A stretch of 64,000 nucleotides of DNA from Bacteroidota bacterium (GCA_038110465.1 JAYNJU010000001.1:215544-279543); one strand, 5' to 3'. Numbered from the stretch's first letter, positions 9,644 through 19,706 are shown. Translations and numbers: made by a program. Notes: generated by a model not told the origin, from the sequence alone.

Positions 9644-11554
9644 ATGAGTAAAATTATTGGAATCGATTTAGGTACTACAAATTCATGTGTCTCTGTAATG
9701 GAAGGAAGCGAACCTGTAGTAATTCCTAACGCTGAAGGTAAAAGAACAACTCCTTCTGTAATCGCATTTGTCGAAGATGGTGAAATTAAAGTTGGTGATC
9801 CTGCCAAAAGGCAAGCTGTAACAAATCCAGAAAAAACAATTGCTTCTGTCAAAAGATTTATGGGGAATAAATTCAGTGAGTCATCTAGTGATATTAAAAC
9901 AGTAGCTTACAAAGTCGTAAAGGGTGATAATGATACTCCTAGAGTTGATATTGATGGTAGACTTTATACACCTCAAGAATTATCTGCAATGGTTCTTCAA
10001 AAAATGAAAAAAACTGCTGAAGATTATCTTGGTTCATCTGTAACTGATGCTGTAATTACAGTTCCTGCATATTTTAATGATTCACAAAGACAAGCTACTA
10101 AAGAAGCTGGGGAGATAGCTGGATTAAAAGTACAGAGAATAATAAATGAGCCAACTGCAGCTGCTTTAGCATATGGTATGGATAAAGGAGGTACAGATAA
10201 AAAAATTGCAGTATATGATCTTGGAGGAGGTACTTTTGATATTTCTATACTAGAATTAGGGGATGGAGTATTTGAAGTACTATCAACTAATGGAGACACT
10301 CACTTAGGCGGTGATGATTTTGACCAAGTAATTATTGACTTTTTAGCAGAAGAATTTAAAAATAATGAGCAAATTGACTTAAGAGAAGATTCAATGGCAC
10401 TTCAAAGGCTAAAAGAAGCTGCTGAAAAAGCTAAGATTGAATTATCTTCTTCAGCTCAAACTGAAATTAATTTACCATATGTAACAGCAACAAGTTCAGG
10501 TCCTAAACATCTTGTTACTACATTAACTAGAGCAAAATTTGAACAATTATCAGACGAATTGGTTAAAAGATCCTTAGAGCCAGTAAAAAAGGCTTTAAAA
10601 GATGCTAGTTTAACTAAAAATGATATAGATGAAGTTATCTTGGTTGGAGGATCAACTAGGATCCCAATTATTCAGAAAGAAGTAGAATCTTTATTTGGTA
10701 AAAAACCATCAAAGGGGGTTAATCCAGATGAAGTCGTGGCTGTTGGAGCTGCAATTCAGGGAGGAGTACTATCTGGAGATGTAGAAGATGTTCTTTTATT
10801 AGATGTAACTCCATTATCATTAGGTATTGAGACTATGGGTAATGTAATGACAAAACTAATTGAGTCAAATACTACTATACCAACTAAAAAATCTCAGGTT
10901 TTTTCTACTGCAGCTGATAATCAACCTTCAGTAGAGATTCATGTATTACAAGGTGAAAGACCTATGGCAAAAGATAACAAAACAATCGGAAGGTTTCACT
11001 TAGATGGAATTCCTCCAGCACCTCGTGGTGTTCCACAAATTGAAGTAACCTTTGATATCGATGCTAATGGTATTATTAATGTAAGTGCACTAGACAAAGC
11101 AACTAATAAATCTCAGGATATAAGAATTGAAGCCTCATCAGGTTTAACTGAAGAGGAGATTGAAAAAATGAAAAGAGATGCGGAAGCTAATGCTGAAGCT
11201 GATAAGAAGGCAAAAGATGAAGTTGATAAATTAAATAGTGCTGATCAAATGATTTTTCAAACTGAAAAACAACTTAAAGATTTTGGAGAAAAATTGTCTG
11301 ACGATAAGAAAAAACCAATTGAGACAGCCCTTGAAGATCTAAAGAAGGCTTATGAATCAAAAGATCTTGATAAGATTGATGAATCATTGAATACTATTAA
11401 TGAAGCATGGAAAAATGCTTCTGAGGAAATGTATAAAGCTCAAGCAGAATCAGGTGAACAAACTTCAAATAGTTCTCAAAATGAATCATCTTCTAATGAA
11501 TCAAAAGGTGATGATGTGCAAGATGTAGACTTCGAAGAGGTTAAAGAAGACTAA
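9644..11554 (+). CDS. dnaK: Molecular chaperone DnaK (Hsp70)
   Basis: Hsp70 signatures [18 protein letters not shown] and [11 protein letters not shown]. The track ORF begins at a TTG (9599), but the conserved N-terminus [10 protein letters not shown] starts at the ATG at 9644. Confidence 0.97.
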   Translation: MSKIIGIDLGTTNSCVSVMEGSEPVVIPNAEGKRTTPSVIAFVEDGEIKVGDPAKRQAVTNPEKTIASVKRFMGNKFSESSSDIKTVAYKVVKGDNDTPRVDIDGRLYTPQELSAMVLQKMKKTAEDYLGSSVTDAVITVPAYFNDSQRQATKEAGEIAGLKVQRIINEPTAAALAYGMDKGGTDKKIAVYDLGGGTFDISILELGDGVFEVLSTNGDTHLGGDDFDQVIIDFLAEEFKNNEQIDLREDSMALQRLKEAAEKAKIELSSSAQTEINLPYVTATSSGPKHLVTTLTRAKFEQLSDELVKRSLEPVKKALKDASLTKNDIDEVILVGGSTRIPIIQKEVESLFGKKPSKGVNPDEVVAVGAAIQGGVLSGDVEDVLLLDVTPLSLGIETMGNVMTKLIESNTTIPTKKSQVFSTAADNQPSVEIHVLQGERPMAKDNKTIGRFHLDGIPPAPRGVPQIEVTFDIDANGIINVSALDKATNKSQDIRIEASSGLTEEEIEKMKRDAEANAEADKKAKDEVDKLNSADQMIFQTEKQLKDFGEKLSDDKKKPIETALEDLKKAYESKDLDKIDESLNTINEAWKNASEEMYKAQAESGEQTSNSSQNESSSNESKGDDVQDVDFEEVKED

Positions 11555-11556
11555 TA

Positions 11557-11973
11557 TTGCCTGATAAAGATTTCATTTTAAAAGAAGCTAACAAAAGGTG
11601 TAAGGGTACTCTTGTTTCAACCTTAGATATTGAATTTATTGATGTTGGTGAGAATTATTTAACTGCTAAGATGTTAGTTTCACCTAAACTTCATCAGCCT
11701 GATGGTGTATTACATGGTGGAGCTACTGCTGCACTTGCTGAAACTGTTGGAAGTTCTGCTGCAGCAATTTTTTCAAAAAAAGAGAATCAATTGCTCAGAG
11801 GAGTTGAGTTGTCAATTAATCATGTTAGAGGAGTTAGGTCTGGATATGTAATTGCTACAGCGAAATCTATTCATCTTGGAAAGACTATGCAATTATGGAA
11901 AATATCAATTAAAAATGAGGAGGGTAAAGATGTTTCATTTGCTAAACTAACTACCTTAACAATAAATAAGTAA
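11557..11973 (+). CDS. PaaI/YdiI-type hotdog-fold thioesterase (candidate DHNA-CoA thioesterase)
   Basis: 138 aa with a TTG start 3 nt after the dnaK stop. It carries an LHGGATAALAETVGS motif of the PaaI/uncharacterised-domain-1 hotdog family. It is the upstream neighbour (65-nt gap, own candidate -7 box) of a MenA-like gene. Confidence 0.75.
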   Translation: MPDKDFILKEANKRCKGTLVSTLDIEFIDVGENYLTAKMLVSPKLHQPDGVLHGGATAALAETVGSSAAAIFSKKENQLLRGVELSINHVRGVRSGYVIATAKSIHLGKTMQLWKISIKNEEGKDVSFAKLTTLTINK

Positions 11974-12012
11974 TTCTTTTATGAAAAACTTTTAAAATTG
12001 CTTACCAGATCT

Positions 12013-12020
12013 TAAATTTG
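12013..12020 (+). promoter_or_regulatory. Candidate Bacteroidota -7 promoter box (TAAATTTG)
   Basis: Exact match to TAnnTTTG, 18 nt upstream of the ATG at 12039. Confidence 0.35.
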
Positions 12021-12038
12021 GCGTTTTAAATAATCAAT

Positions 12039-13388
12039 ATGAAAAGTGTAATAATATGTGATATGGAGGGTTTAATTACAAACCTTAATGATGGTGCTGT
12101 TAAAATGTTTGGATATGATTCTAAAGAACTTGTTGGTAAGAAAAGAGTATCAATATTTTCACCTGGTGAAATAGTTCTTCAAAATGTCTTAGGCTGGTTG
12201 AAAAATGCCAACGAAACTGGAGAGCATAATACAAAGACTAATTTTGTTAGAAAAGATGGTTCAACATTTAGTGCTAAAATAAAAATTACACCAAATTTTG
12301 CAGATGGAAAGGATAAACCACAAACTGGTTATTGTGGTATTACTGAAGAAATTGATGAGAATGTTAATGTTAAAATTAATTTAGGCACAAAAATTATTAA
12401 AGGTGTAGCAATCACTAGAGTTGGATTTGCATCTGCATCTTTATTTCCTGTTTTTTTAGTTGGTTGTTACTATGCTGGTATTGGTGATTCTTTATTTAGT
12501 CCTCTATCTTTAACGCTAACTACTTTTGGTATTTTATTTTTTCATTTATTTTCAAACCTTTACAATGATTTTTTTGATGTTACTCATGGTACCGATGAGG
12601 CAAATACTGAATATTTTAATGCTGGTATGAATTCCCCTATTTTAAAAGGAGCCCAATTATCAGGTGGAAGTAGGGCAGTGGAGCTTGGATTGATAACTCT
12701 AAAAGGAACAAAGAATCTAGCAAATATTATGTTTTCTCTAGGTGTTATTACTGCTGTAGGAATATTGTATTTAAGTTTTTTAAATACAGGATCAACAAGT
12801 AATTTAATAAACTCTGCTTTAATTGCTATCATAGGTGTGTTAATTGGATATTTTTATACAGCTAAGCCTATTAGATTATCCTCTTTATATGGACTTGGAG
12901 AATTATCGATTTTCTTAGCTTTTGGACCACTTCTAACTTTAGGTACTGGTTTTGCGATCTCAAATGATACGATTGGATTATTTACATCAGAATTTTATAA
13001 CCTTTTAATACTTGGAATACCTATTGGTTTACTAACTACAAATATTTTATTTATTAATCAATATCCAGATTATACATCTGATAAAGAAGTGGGAAAAAAT
13101 AACCTAGTTGTATTACTAGGGAAAAAATCATCAAGATGGGTTTATGCCTTAAATCTAGCTATTGCAGTTGGTTCTCTTTACTATATTTCTGAGAATATTA
13201 TAAGTGCAAGTCAATCAACTTTATTTATGTTCTTACTTATTCCAATAACTATGTTATATGCATTTTATCTTGTAACAGGATTATTCAAGAACTATGCAAG
13301 TAGATCATTAATTAAATATAACATTCATACAATATATTTTCATATGATTTTTTCTTTCATATACATGATTATACTAGCTAATTTTTAA
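12039..13388 (+). CDS. PAS-like N-terminal domain fused to a UbiA-superfamily, MenA-type (1,4-dihydroxy-2-naphthoate polyprenyltransferase-like) membrane prenyltransferase
   Basis: 449 aa. Residues 1 to about 105 are soluble and PAS-like (DMEGLITNLNDGAVKMFGYDSKELVGKK...FVRKDGSTFSAKIKITP). The rest is polytopic and carries MenA-type motifs NDFFDVTHGTD, YTAKPIRLSSLYGLGE and NQYPDYTSDKEVGKNNL. Confidence 0.8.
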   Translation: MKSVIICDMEGLITNLNDGAVKMFGYDSKELVGKKRVSIFSPGEIVLQNVLGWLKNANETGEHNTKTNFVRKDGSTFSAKIKITPNFADGKDKPQTGYCGITEEIDENVNVKINLGTKIIKGVAITRVGFASASLFPVFLVGCYYAGIGDSLFSPLSLTLTTFGILFFHLFSNLYNDFFDVTHGTDEANTEYFNAGMNSPILKGAQLSGGSRAVELGLITLKGTKNLANIMFSLGVITAVGILYLSFLNTGSTSNLINSALIAIIGVLIGYFYTAKPIRLSSLYGLGELSIFLAFGPLLTLGTGFAISNDTIGLFTSEFYNLLILGIPIGLLTTNILFINQYPDYTSDKEVGKNNLVVLLGKKSSRWVYALNLAIAVGSLYYISENIISASQSTLFMFLLIPITMLYAFYLVTGLFKNYASRSLIKYNIHTIYFHMIFSFIYMIILANF

Positions 13389-13390
13389 AA

Positions 13391-14293
13391 ATGTTTTTGT
13401 GGAATAAATCATTTAATCTAAAAGGGTTTGGTTATTATATACTAGGCTCGTTTGTTATTATTTTATTTAGTATTATTGGTCAAATTCCAATGATACCTTT
13501 TTTGCCTACTGAAATTCCTAGTCCTGATTCTGACCCTATGGACTTATTCAAATCCATTCCTTCAAACTTGAGATTATTTCTTTTACTCTTAAGTTTTGTA
13601 TTTGTATTACCTGGCATTTGGCTTGTTGTGAAGAAATTACATGATTTACCTATTATGTCTATTCTTTCAAGTAGAAAAAAAATTGATCTTGAAAGAGTTT
13701 TATATTCATTCATGTTATGGGGATCAATAGTTTCTGCATTTGTTTTTCTCGAGTATTCTTTAAATCCAGAAAACTATATTATAAATTTTAAACTAAAGGA
13801 ATTTTTGATTCTTGCTGTAATTGCTATACTATTAATTCCAATACAAACTAGTGTTGAAGAAATTGTTTTCCGAGGATATTTAATGCAAGGATTTGGTAAC
13901 TGGCTTAACAGTAGATTCATGGCCTTATTTCTCTCATCTTTTGTTTTTGGATCCCTACATTTATTCAATCCAGAGATTACAGCTTTAGGGTACGAGTTTG
14001 TTATTTTATATATAACAGTTGGTTTTGTTCTTGGTATTATGACACTAATGGATGAAGGCTTAGAATTAGCGCTTGGTTTCCATGCAGCTAATAATCTTAT
14101 AGCTGCTCTTCTTCTTACAGCTGACTGGACTGTTTTTCAAACAGAATCAATTTTAATTGATATATCAGAACCTAGCCTTGGTATTACTGATTGGATATCT
14201 CCAATTATAATATATCCAACAATACTTATAATTTTTGCAAAAAAATATTCTTGGAATAACTGGAAAGAAAAGTTATTTTCAAAGGTTAGATAA
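13391..14293 (+). CDS. CPBP-family (CAAX protease-like) intramembrane metalloprotease
   Basis: 300 aa polytopic membrane protein with the three CPBP motifs EEIVFRGY, FGSLH and HAANN. It starts 3 nt after the preceding stop. Confidence 0.85.
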   Translation: MFLWNKSFNLKGFGYYILGSFVIILFSIIGQIPMIPFLPTEIPSPDSDPMDLFKSIPSNLRLFLLLLSFVFVLPGIWLVVKKLHDLPIMSILSSRKKIDLERVLYSFMLWGSIVSAFVFLEYSLNPENYIINFKLKEFLILAVIAILLIPIQTSVEEIVFRGYLMQGFGNWLNSRFMALFLSSFVFGSLHLFNPEITALGYEFVILYITVGFVLGIMTLMDEGLELALGFHAANNLIAALLLTADWTVFQTESILIDISEPSLGITDWISPIIIYPTILIIFAKKYSWNNWKEKLFSKVR

Positions 14294-14746
14294 TATAAGT
14301 TCCATCTTTATATCACTTCTTTTATAAGGTGGATTGATATTCTCTAATTCTTTAAACCCGAACTTCTTATAAAGATGAATTGAGTTTTTTAATACTTTAT
14401 TCGAATAAAGTAGAATTGATTTGTAATTCTTTTTTAAACTATAATTAATAATAAACTTTATGAGTTGATTACCAATCCCATTTCCTCTTAAATCTTTTCT
14501 AACTGCCATTTTATTTAATTCATAAACACCATTCCCGTTGTTTAAAAGAGCCATAGTTCCTACAATGTTTTCATTATAAATTGCAAAAAAGATTGAACCA
14601 CCTTTGTCTAAAATTTCTTCTTTACAATTCTTTAAAATTTTTTCATCATATGACTCAACATAAAAAAATTCAATTAACCAATCATAGTTTAAATCATAAA
14701 AGAATTTAGAATATTTTTCTTCGAAAGGAATTATTTCAACTTTCAT
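14279..14746 (-). CDS. GNAT-family N-acetyltransferase
   Basis: 155 aa with an acetyl-CoA binding loop RGNGIGNQL in a typical GNAT layout. Confidence 0.85.
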   Translation of the reverse strand: MKVEIIPFEEKYSKFFYDLNYDWLIEFFYVESYDEKILKNCKEEILDKGGSIFFAIYNENIVGTMALLNNGNGVYELNKMAVRKDLRGNGIGNQLIKFIINYSLKKNYKSILLYSNKVLKNSIHLYKKFGFKELENINPPYKRSDIKMELILSNL

Positions 14747-16133
14747 TATTTGTCATTCTATTAGGATTAACATATTCGTCAAATTCTTTTTCTGATAAAT
14801 ATTTTAGCTTAATAGAAGCTTCCTTTAGGGTTATATCATCGTTGTAAGCTTTATTTGCAATTTCAGCAGCTTTGTAATAACCTATTTTTGAATTTAATGC
14901 AGTAACAAGCATTAGAGAGTCTTTTAAGAACTTTTCAATTTTCTTTTTATTAGCTTTTATTCCATCAATACAATTATTGGAAAAACTAAGACATGCATCT
15001 CCCAATATTTTTGATGATTCAATTATATTATACGCAAACAGTGGCTTAAAAACATTTAATTCAAAGTGACCATTTGCTCCTGCAAAACTAATTGCAACAT
15101 CATTACCAATAATTTGAGCACAGACCATAGAAATTGCTTCACACTGAGTTGGGTTAATCTTACCTGGCATAATTGAACTTCCAGGCTCATTTGCAGGTAA
15201 AATAAGCTCTCCTAAACCTGATCTTGGACCAGACCCCATTAATCTTATGTCATTTGCAATTTTATAAATTGAGGTAGCAGCTGTTTTTAAAGCACCATGC
15301 ATCTCAACAATACAATCATGGGAGGCAATTCCTTCAAATTTATTTGGTGATTCTCTAAACTTAAGATTTGAGTTTTTGGAAATATGAGCTACAACTTTTT
15401 TGGAATACCCTTTAGGAGAATTTAATCCAGTACCAACTGCTGTCCCTCCAATTGGAAGCTCACTTAAATGATTAAGAGCATTTTCGATAGATTTAATTCC
15501 ATTCTCAATTTGTGTTACATATCCTGAAAATTCTTGACCAAGAGTGATCGGTGTAGCATCCATTAAATGAGTTCTACCAATTTTTACTATACTATTAAAC
15601 TCTCTAGCCTTTTTATTTAAACTTTCTTTTAATTTCCTCAAATTTACTAGAGTATTACTTGTAATAATTTTTACAGCTGCAATATTAATTGCTGTAGGAA
15701 ATGTATCATTAGAGGACTGAGATAAATTTACATCATCGTTTGGAGAAAGTGTTTTTTCAGATTCACCTAACTTTTTACCTTCCAGTATATGAGCTCTGTT
15801 AGAGATTACCTCATTTAAATTCATATTTGTTTGAGTACCTGATCCAGTTTGCCAAATTACAAGCGGAAATTGATGATCGTGATCACCTGAAATTATTTCA
15901 TCACAAACTCTTTCAATCAACATCGATTTTTCTTTAGATAGAATTCCTAATTCATGATTTGTAACTGCTGCTGATTTTTTTAAAATTGCATATGCATGAA
16001 TAATCTCAATAGGCATTGAAGATGAGTTACCAATCTTAAAATTATTTCTTGATCTTTCAGTTTGAGCACCCCAAAGAGAGTTCTTTGGAACTTTTACTTC
16101 TCCGAGAGTATCTTTTTCAATTCTGTAGTCCAT
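14736..16133 (-). CDS. fumC: Class II fumarate hydratase
   Basis: 465 aa with the fumarate lyase signature [15 protein letters not shown]. Confidence 0.95.
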   Translation of the reverse strand: MDYRIEKDTLGEVKVPKNSLWGAQTERSRNNFKIGNSSSMPIEIIHAYAILKKSAAVTNHELGILSKEKSMLIERVCDEIISGDHDHQFPLVIWQTGSGTQTNMNLNEVISNRAHILEGKKLGESEKTLSPNDDVNLSQSSNDTFPTAINIAAVKIITSNTLVNLRKLKESLNKKAREFNSIVKIGRTHLMDATPITLGQEFSGYVTQIENGIKSIENALNHLSELPIGGTAVGTGLNSPKGYSKKVVAHISKNSNLKFRESPNKFEGIASHDCIVEMHGALKTAATSIYKIANDIRLMGSGPRSGLGELILPANEPGSSIMPGKINPTQCEAISMVCAQIIGNDVAISFAGANGHFELNVFKPLFAYNIIESSKILGDACLSFSNNCIDGIKANKKKIEKFLKDSLMLVTALNSKIGYYKAAEIANKAYNDDITLKEASIKLKYLSEKEFDEYVNPNRMTNNES

Positions 16134-16161
16134 GATACTTTGTAATTTACTTAAAAAAAAT

Positions 16162-16169
16162 TACTTTTG
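16162..16169 (+). promoter_or_regulatory. Candidate -7 promoter box (TACTTTTG) for the small ORF
   Basis: Exact TAnnTTTG match 18 nt upstream of the ATG at 16188. Confidence 0.3.
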
Positions 16170-16180
16170 TTTAGCATTTA

Positions 16181-16188
16181 CAAATATA
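16181..16188 (-). promoter_or_regulatory. Candidate -7 promoter box (TATATTTG on the minus strand) for fumC
   Basis: Plus-strand CAAATATA, 47 nt upstream of the fumC ATG (16133). Confidence 0.25.
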
Positions 16189-16346
16189 TGGAGTTTCAAC
16201 AATACCTCGGATTCTTAGCTTTTTTAGCAATTTTTACAATGGGCTTTTGGCTTATGATTTTTTTAGCATTGGTAGCTCCATATTGGGCATCATCTTATCT
16301 TTTTCAAAAAATTAAAGATCTCCTTTCTAAGAAAATGAAATCTTAG
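16188..16346 (+). CDS. Small hydrophobic membrane protein (52 aa), unannotated in the ORF track
   Basis: Manual translation gives MEFQQYLGFLAFLAIFTMGFWLMIFLALVAPYWASSYLFQKIKDLLSKKMKS. It has an ATG start, a TAG stop, a roughly 30-aa hydrophobic core and a basic tail. It fills an otherwise empty 209-nt gap and has its own -7 box. Confidence 0.4.
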   Translation: MEFQQYLGFLAFLAIFTMGFWLMIFLALVAPYWASSYLFQKIKDLLSKKMKS

Positions 16347-18877
16347 TTATTGAATATAGGTCCTTCATCTTCTCCGCCACCGCTGAAATCTTGTTGATCT
16401 CTTTGAGCTCTTCTTCTTCTTCTGTTATTTTGATCTTCATTAATTCTATAGGTGAAAGTTAAAATCAATGAAGGTTCTCTCCATTGACCTTCTGTTTCAG
16501 ATCTAAATGTTTCACGGGTAGTTGTAGATCTCCATCTACCAGTATTAAACAAGTCAGAATATCTAACAGATATGTTACCTTTATTTTCAAAAATATTTTT
16601 TTGAACTGCAGCAGTTGTAAATCCAAATGCTTTTCTTTTGGAAAAGGCATTTTCACTAGGCCCTCTTAAAAAACCAAAAAATTGAAGACTATATTCTTTT
16701 GGAAGTCTAATAAAACCATTAAACCTAGCACTCCAGTTTGTATCGTCAGAATCAAAGTTTTGATTTTCATATGAGCCTCTAATTTTTGTTGAGTTTAATG
16801 TAAAACTTCCATTAAGTCTAACGGCTCTTGAAGGTGTATAAGTTATACTAATCTCTGATCCAATTCTTTTATTTGTTGACAAATTAATAGGAAAAAACTC
16901 TAAAACAGGAACTTGTAAAACAGGATTCTCAGACCCTGACTCTACAATTAAATCAACTATTTCTCCAGTTTCTTGTTGAATTCTTTCAACATTTCCATCT
17001 GACTGTCTGTAAAAAACTGATGTATTTATAGTAATCTTACTATATCTTTTTAAATAGTCTACCTCGTAGGCAGATGAGAATGTAGGGTCTAAATAAGGAT
17101 TCCCCCTTCTATATGATGTAATTGAATTCCTTCTTGGAAATGGATTAATATCCCATCCTCTAGGTCTTCTTATTCTTTTGCTGTAACCAAATGTTAAGGA
17201 TTCTATATCTGAGATTTCATATGCAAGATTTAAAGTAGGGAATAAGTCTGAATATTTTTTAATTTCAAATTGTCTTGTTGTTTTTTGATTTATTTCTTGT
17301 TTTGAGTTCTCATATCTAAGTCCAAGAAGAATAGATAAGCTATTAATTTTCTTTCCAAATTGACTGTATAAAGAGTTTATGTTTTCAGTATAGTTGAAGA
17401 TATTAGATAATCCAGGATCAGATTGAAAACTACTATTGCAAGGAGTAGTAATACATTGTATCTTTTGTAAAAAGGCAACATCGTAATCCGTTTCTCTTTC
17501 TAAAAAACTTCCTCTATATCCTAATTCAAATTCTGTATTTTCATCAATAGGGTAAACATAGTCAACCTGAGCTAAAAGCCTGTTTTGAAAATCAATATTT
17601 GTTGTCTTTTCAAAATCTGAATCTGAGACAAATGGTAAGGTTGAATAATCCTCAATATTATCTACCGAGTTTTCATCATCTTCTTCATAGGAAATTTTTG
17701 CAGTAAGGTTATGGCCATCTTTATCGAAATCCTTATAAAAGTCTATAGCATACTCAAAAGATTCCTCATTTTCAAGATCATTAGCAATTCTTTCATTTGA
17801 AGATAAAATACTACCATTAGTAATATCATTTACTATATTTTTTGAATAACTATTCTCATCTCCTTTTCTGTAGAATCCACTTAGAGTAAGTGAAGTTTTA
17901 TCATCAAAAAAATACTCTAACCCTAAATTAAAAAAGATGTTCTTTTCATTTCGAGTACTTCTATTAGAACTTTCAATATTTAGGTTGTTAGAGAAGTACT
18001 CAGTTGTACCAAAAAAATTTCCATTATCATCAGAGTCTCTGAAGGTTGTTGTATTAAAAATATTTATTTTATCATTTCTCAAGTTGAAAGTTCCAGATCC
18101 ACTATTATTTTTAGGATCACCTGCATTTAAAGTAATACTTCCATTAAATCCAAGTAAGTCTTGTTTTTTTAATATTATATTTAGAATACCTGCAGTTCCT
18201 TCTGCAGAATATCTAGCTGATGGAGAAGTCACAACTTCAACTTTTTCTATTGACTCAGAAGGAATAGACCTTAAACCTTGAGGTCCAGATAAACCAACAA
18301 GCCCTGAAGGTTTTCCGTTAATCAAAATTCTAACATTATCATTTCCTCTTAATGAAATATTACCATCAAAATCAACATCTATAGACGGTATATTAGCTAA
18401 AACATCTGAAACATTACCTCCTCTAACTGTTATGTCTTGCCCTACATTATATATTTTTTTATCAAGCCTTACCTCAACTTGTGTCCTCTCAGCTCTAACT
18501 TCAACTTCATCAAGCATAGAAACATCAAGATCTAGAGAAATAGTTCCTAAATCAGTATTCTGTCTAACTAAAAAGTTTTCATTTGAATAGCTTTCAAACG
18601 ATATATATTCAATTTTAAGATCATACATACCGGGACTAACATCAATTGAAAATTTACCATCAGATGTTGTTATACCTCCAAATAATGACTCGGGATTTCT
18701 TTTGTTGACAAGAGAAATAGTAGCATATTCAAGAGGTTCTGAAGTTTCAGAGTCTATAACAATTCCAGAAATATTGAATGTCATATTTTGAAATTGCTGA
18801 TAATTATTTCCACCACTTTGTTGAGAAAATAAAAAACTTGAAAATGCAATTAATAATAAGGAAAAATATTTTTTCAT
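16343..18877 (-). CDS. Outer-membrane beta-barrel protein / TonB-dependent-receptor-like, with N-terminal carboxypeptidase-regulatory-like domain
   Basis: 844 aa. It has a signal peptide and a CarboxypepD_reg-like segment (ISGIVIDSETSEPLEYATISL...DGKFSI). A plug-like region (VEVVTSPSARYSAEGTAGILNIILKK) follows, then a long run of alternating beta strands rich in aromatic residues. Confidence 0.85.
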   Translation of the reverse strand: MKKYFSLLLIAFSSFLFSQQSGGNNYQQFQNMTFNISGIVIDSETSEPLEYATISLVNKRNPESLFGGITTSDGKFSIDVSPGMYDLKIEYISFESYSNENFLVRQNTDLGTISLDLDVSMLDEVEVRAERTQVEVRLDKKIYNVGQDITVRGGNVSDVLANIPSIDVDFDGNISLRGNDNVRILINGKPSGLVGLSGPQGLRSIPSESIEKVEVVTSPSARYSAEGTAGILNIILKKQDLLGFNGSITLNAGDPKNNSGSGTFNLRNDKINIFNTTTFRDSDDNGNFFGTTEYFSNNLNIESSNRSTRNEKNIFFNLGLEYFFDDKTSLTLSGFYRKGDENSYSKNIVNDITNGSILSSNERIANDLENEESFEYAIDFYKDFDKDGHNLTAKISYEEDDENSVDNIEDYSTLPFVSDSDFEKTTNIDFQNRLLAQVDYVYPIDENTEFELGYRGSFLERETDYDVAFLQKIQCITTPCNSSFQSDPGLSNIFNYTENINSLYSQFGKKINSLSILLGLRYENSKQEINQKTTRQFEIKKYSDLFPTLNLAYEISDIESLTFGYSKRIRRPRGWDINPFPRRNSITSYRRGNPYLDPTFSSAYEVDYLKRYSKITINTSVFYRQSDGNVERIQQETGEIVDLIVESGSENPVLQVPVLEFFPINLSTNKRIGSEISITYTPSRAVRLNGSFTLNSTKIRGSYENQNFDSDDTNWSARFNGFIRLPKEYSLQFFGFLRGPSENAFSKRKAFGFTTAAVQKNIFENKGNISVRYSDLFNTGRWRSTTTRETFRSETEGQWREPSLILTFTYRINEDQNNRRRRRAQRDQQDFSGGGEDEGPIFNN

Positions 18878-18898
18878 AAATTATTTTGTTTGGCTGAG

Positions 18899-18906
18899 CA
18901 AATATA
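18899..18906 (-). promoter_or_regulatory. Candidate -7 promoter box (TATATTTG on the minus strand) for the outer-membrane protein gene
   Basis: Plus-strand CAAATATA, 21 nt upstream of the ATG at 18877. Confidence 0.35.
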
Positions 18907-18947
18907 TTTTAATAAGTATTCTTGAAAACACAAGGTTTTGTTAAAAC

Positions 18948-19364
18948 CTAATCATTTTTTTTAGACTTTGTTCTTAATTTTTTAATCAAAGATTTTTGTT
19001 CATAATCAAGTGATTCGTAAAACCTTTTTTTAATAGTATCAATTCTTTTTTCAAACTTTCTTAGAAGCTCTTTTTGAGACTCTGAAAAAGTTTCAGATAG
19101 CTTTCTTTTTCTTTCTCTGTATCCAAGACTACTATCTTTTAAAATATCTTTTTGATTATCACTTAATGATTCGTTAAGAGCTTTTCTCTGTTTTTTCCAA
19201 AGAGATCTTTCCTTATTGAGTAAATCTATTTGAGATTCAGAGAAAGTTTCCATCAATTCTTTTGAGAATCCTCCATGTTTTGACTTTTCTTGACTATACG
19301 TTATTGAGCATGTAATCATTAAAAAAGTAACTAAAATTATTTTGATCGTTTTTAACATATTCAT
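18948..19364 (-). CDS. Secreted helical protein with four (F/L)SxxQ motifs; Spy/CpxP/LTXXQ-like periplasmic protein
   Basis: 138 aa with a signal peptide and an internal duplication (ETFSESQIDLL...ESLSDNQKDIL / ETFSESQKELL...ESLDYEQKSLI). It is highly charged and lies directly downstream of the sigma/anti-sigma pair. Confidence 0.6.
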   Translation of the reverse strand: MNMLKTIKIILVTFLMITCSITYSQEKSKHGGFSKELMETFSESQIDLLNKERSLWKKQRKALNESLSDNQKDILKDSSLGYRERKRKLSETFSESQKELLRKFEKRIDTIKKRFYESLDYEQKSLIKKLRTKSKKND

Positions 19365-19388
19365 TTGAAATAAAAAAAATTAAAAAGT

Positions 19389-19706
19389 TTATTTCGGAAT
19401 CTGAAATTCATTCAATACTATAGATTCTGAGTAATATTCAATTATAAACTCATCAGTTATTTCCTCACCTGAGACTATTGAGGATAAAAGTGGAGAGTCT
19501 GAATTAATTTCATTAGATTTTGGTGTGATATCTATTAAATTATATAATAATAGTCCAATAAATATAGCAGCTAAGGAATATTTAAAGTAGCTAAATTCAA
19601 ATCTTCTATCTAATGTATTAGAATTAGTTTTGTTTAGTATTTCTTTTTTAGACTTAATAAAATAATCTTTTGGCACAGTGTAACCAAGTTTTTTATAATG
19701 ATTCAT
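19389..19706 (-). CDS. Putative minimal anti-sigma factor (single-pass membrane protein)
   Basis: 105 aa. It overlaps the ECF sigma gene by 14 nt and has one central TM helix (YSLAAIFIGLLLYNLI). The call rests on position and architecture only. Confidence 0.5.
   Translation of the reverse strand: MNHYKKLGYTVPKDYFIKSKKEILNKTNSNTLDRRFEFSYFKYSLAAIFIGLLLYNLIDITPKSNEINSDSPLLSSIVSGEEITDEFIIEYYSESIVLNEFQIPK

Noticed and set aside
17937-18281. 114-aa ORF antisense to the outer-membrane protein gene (also 16465..16656 and 16484..16669)
   Set aside because: Same reasoning: each lies entirely inside the 844-aa OMP gene, with no start context and an implausible composition.
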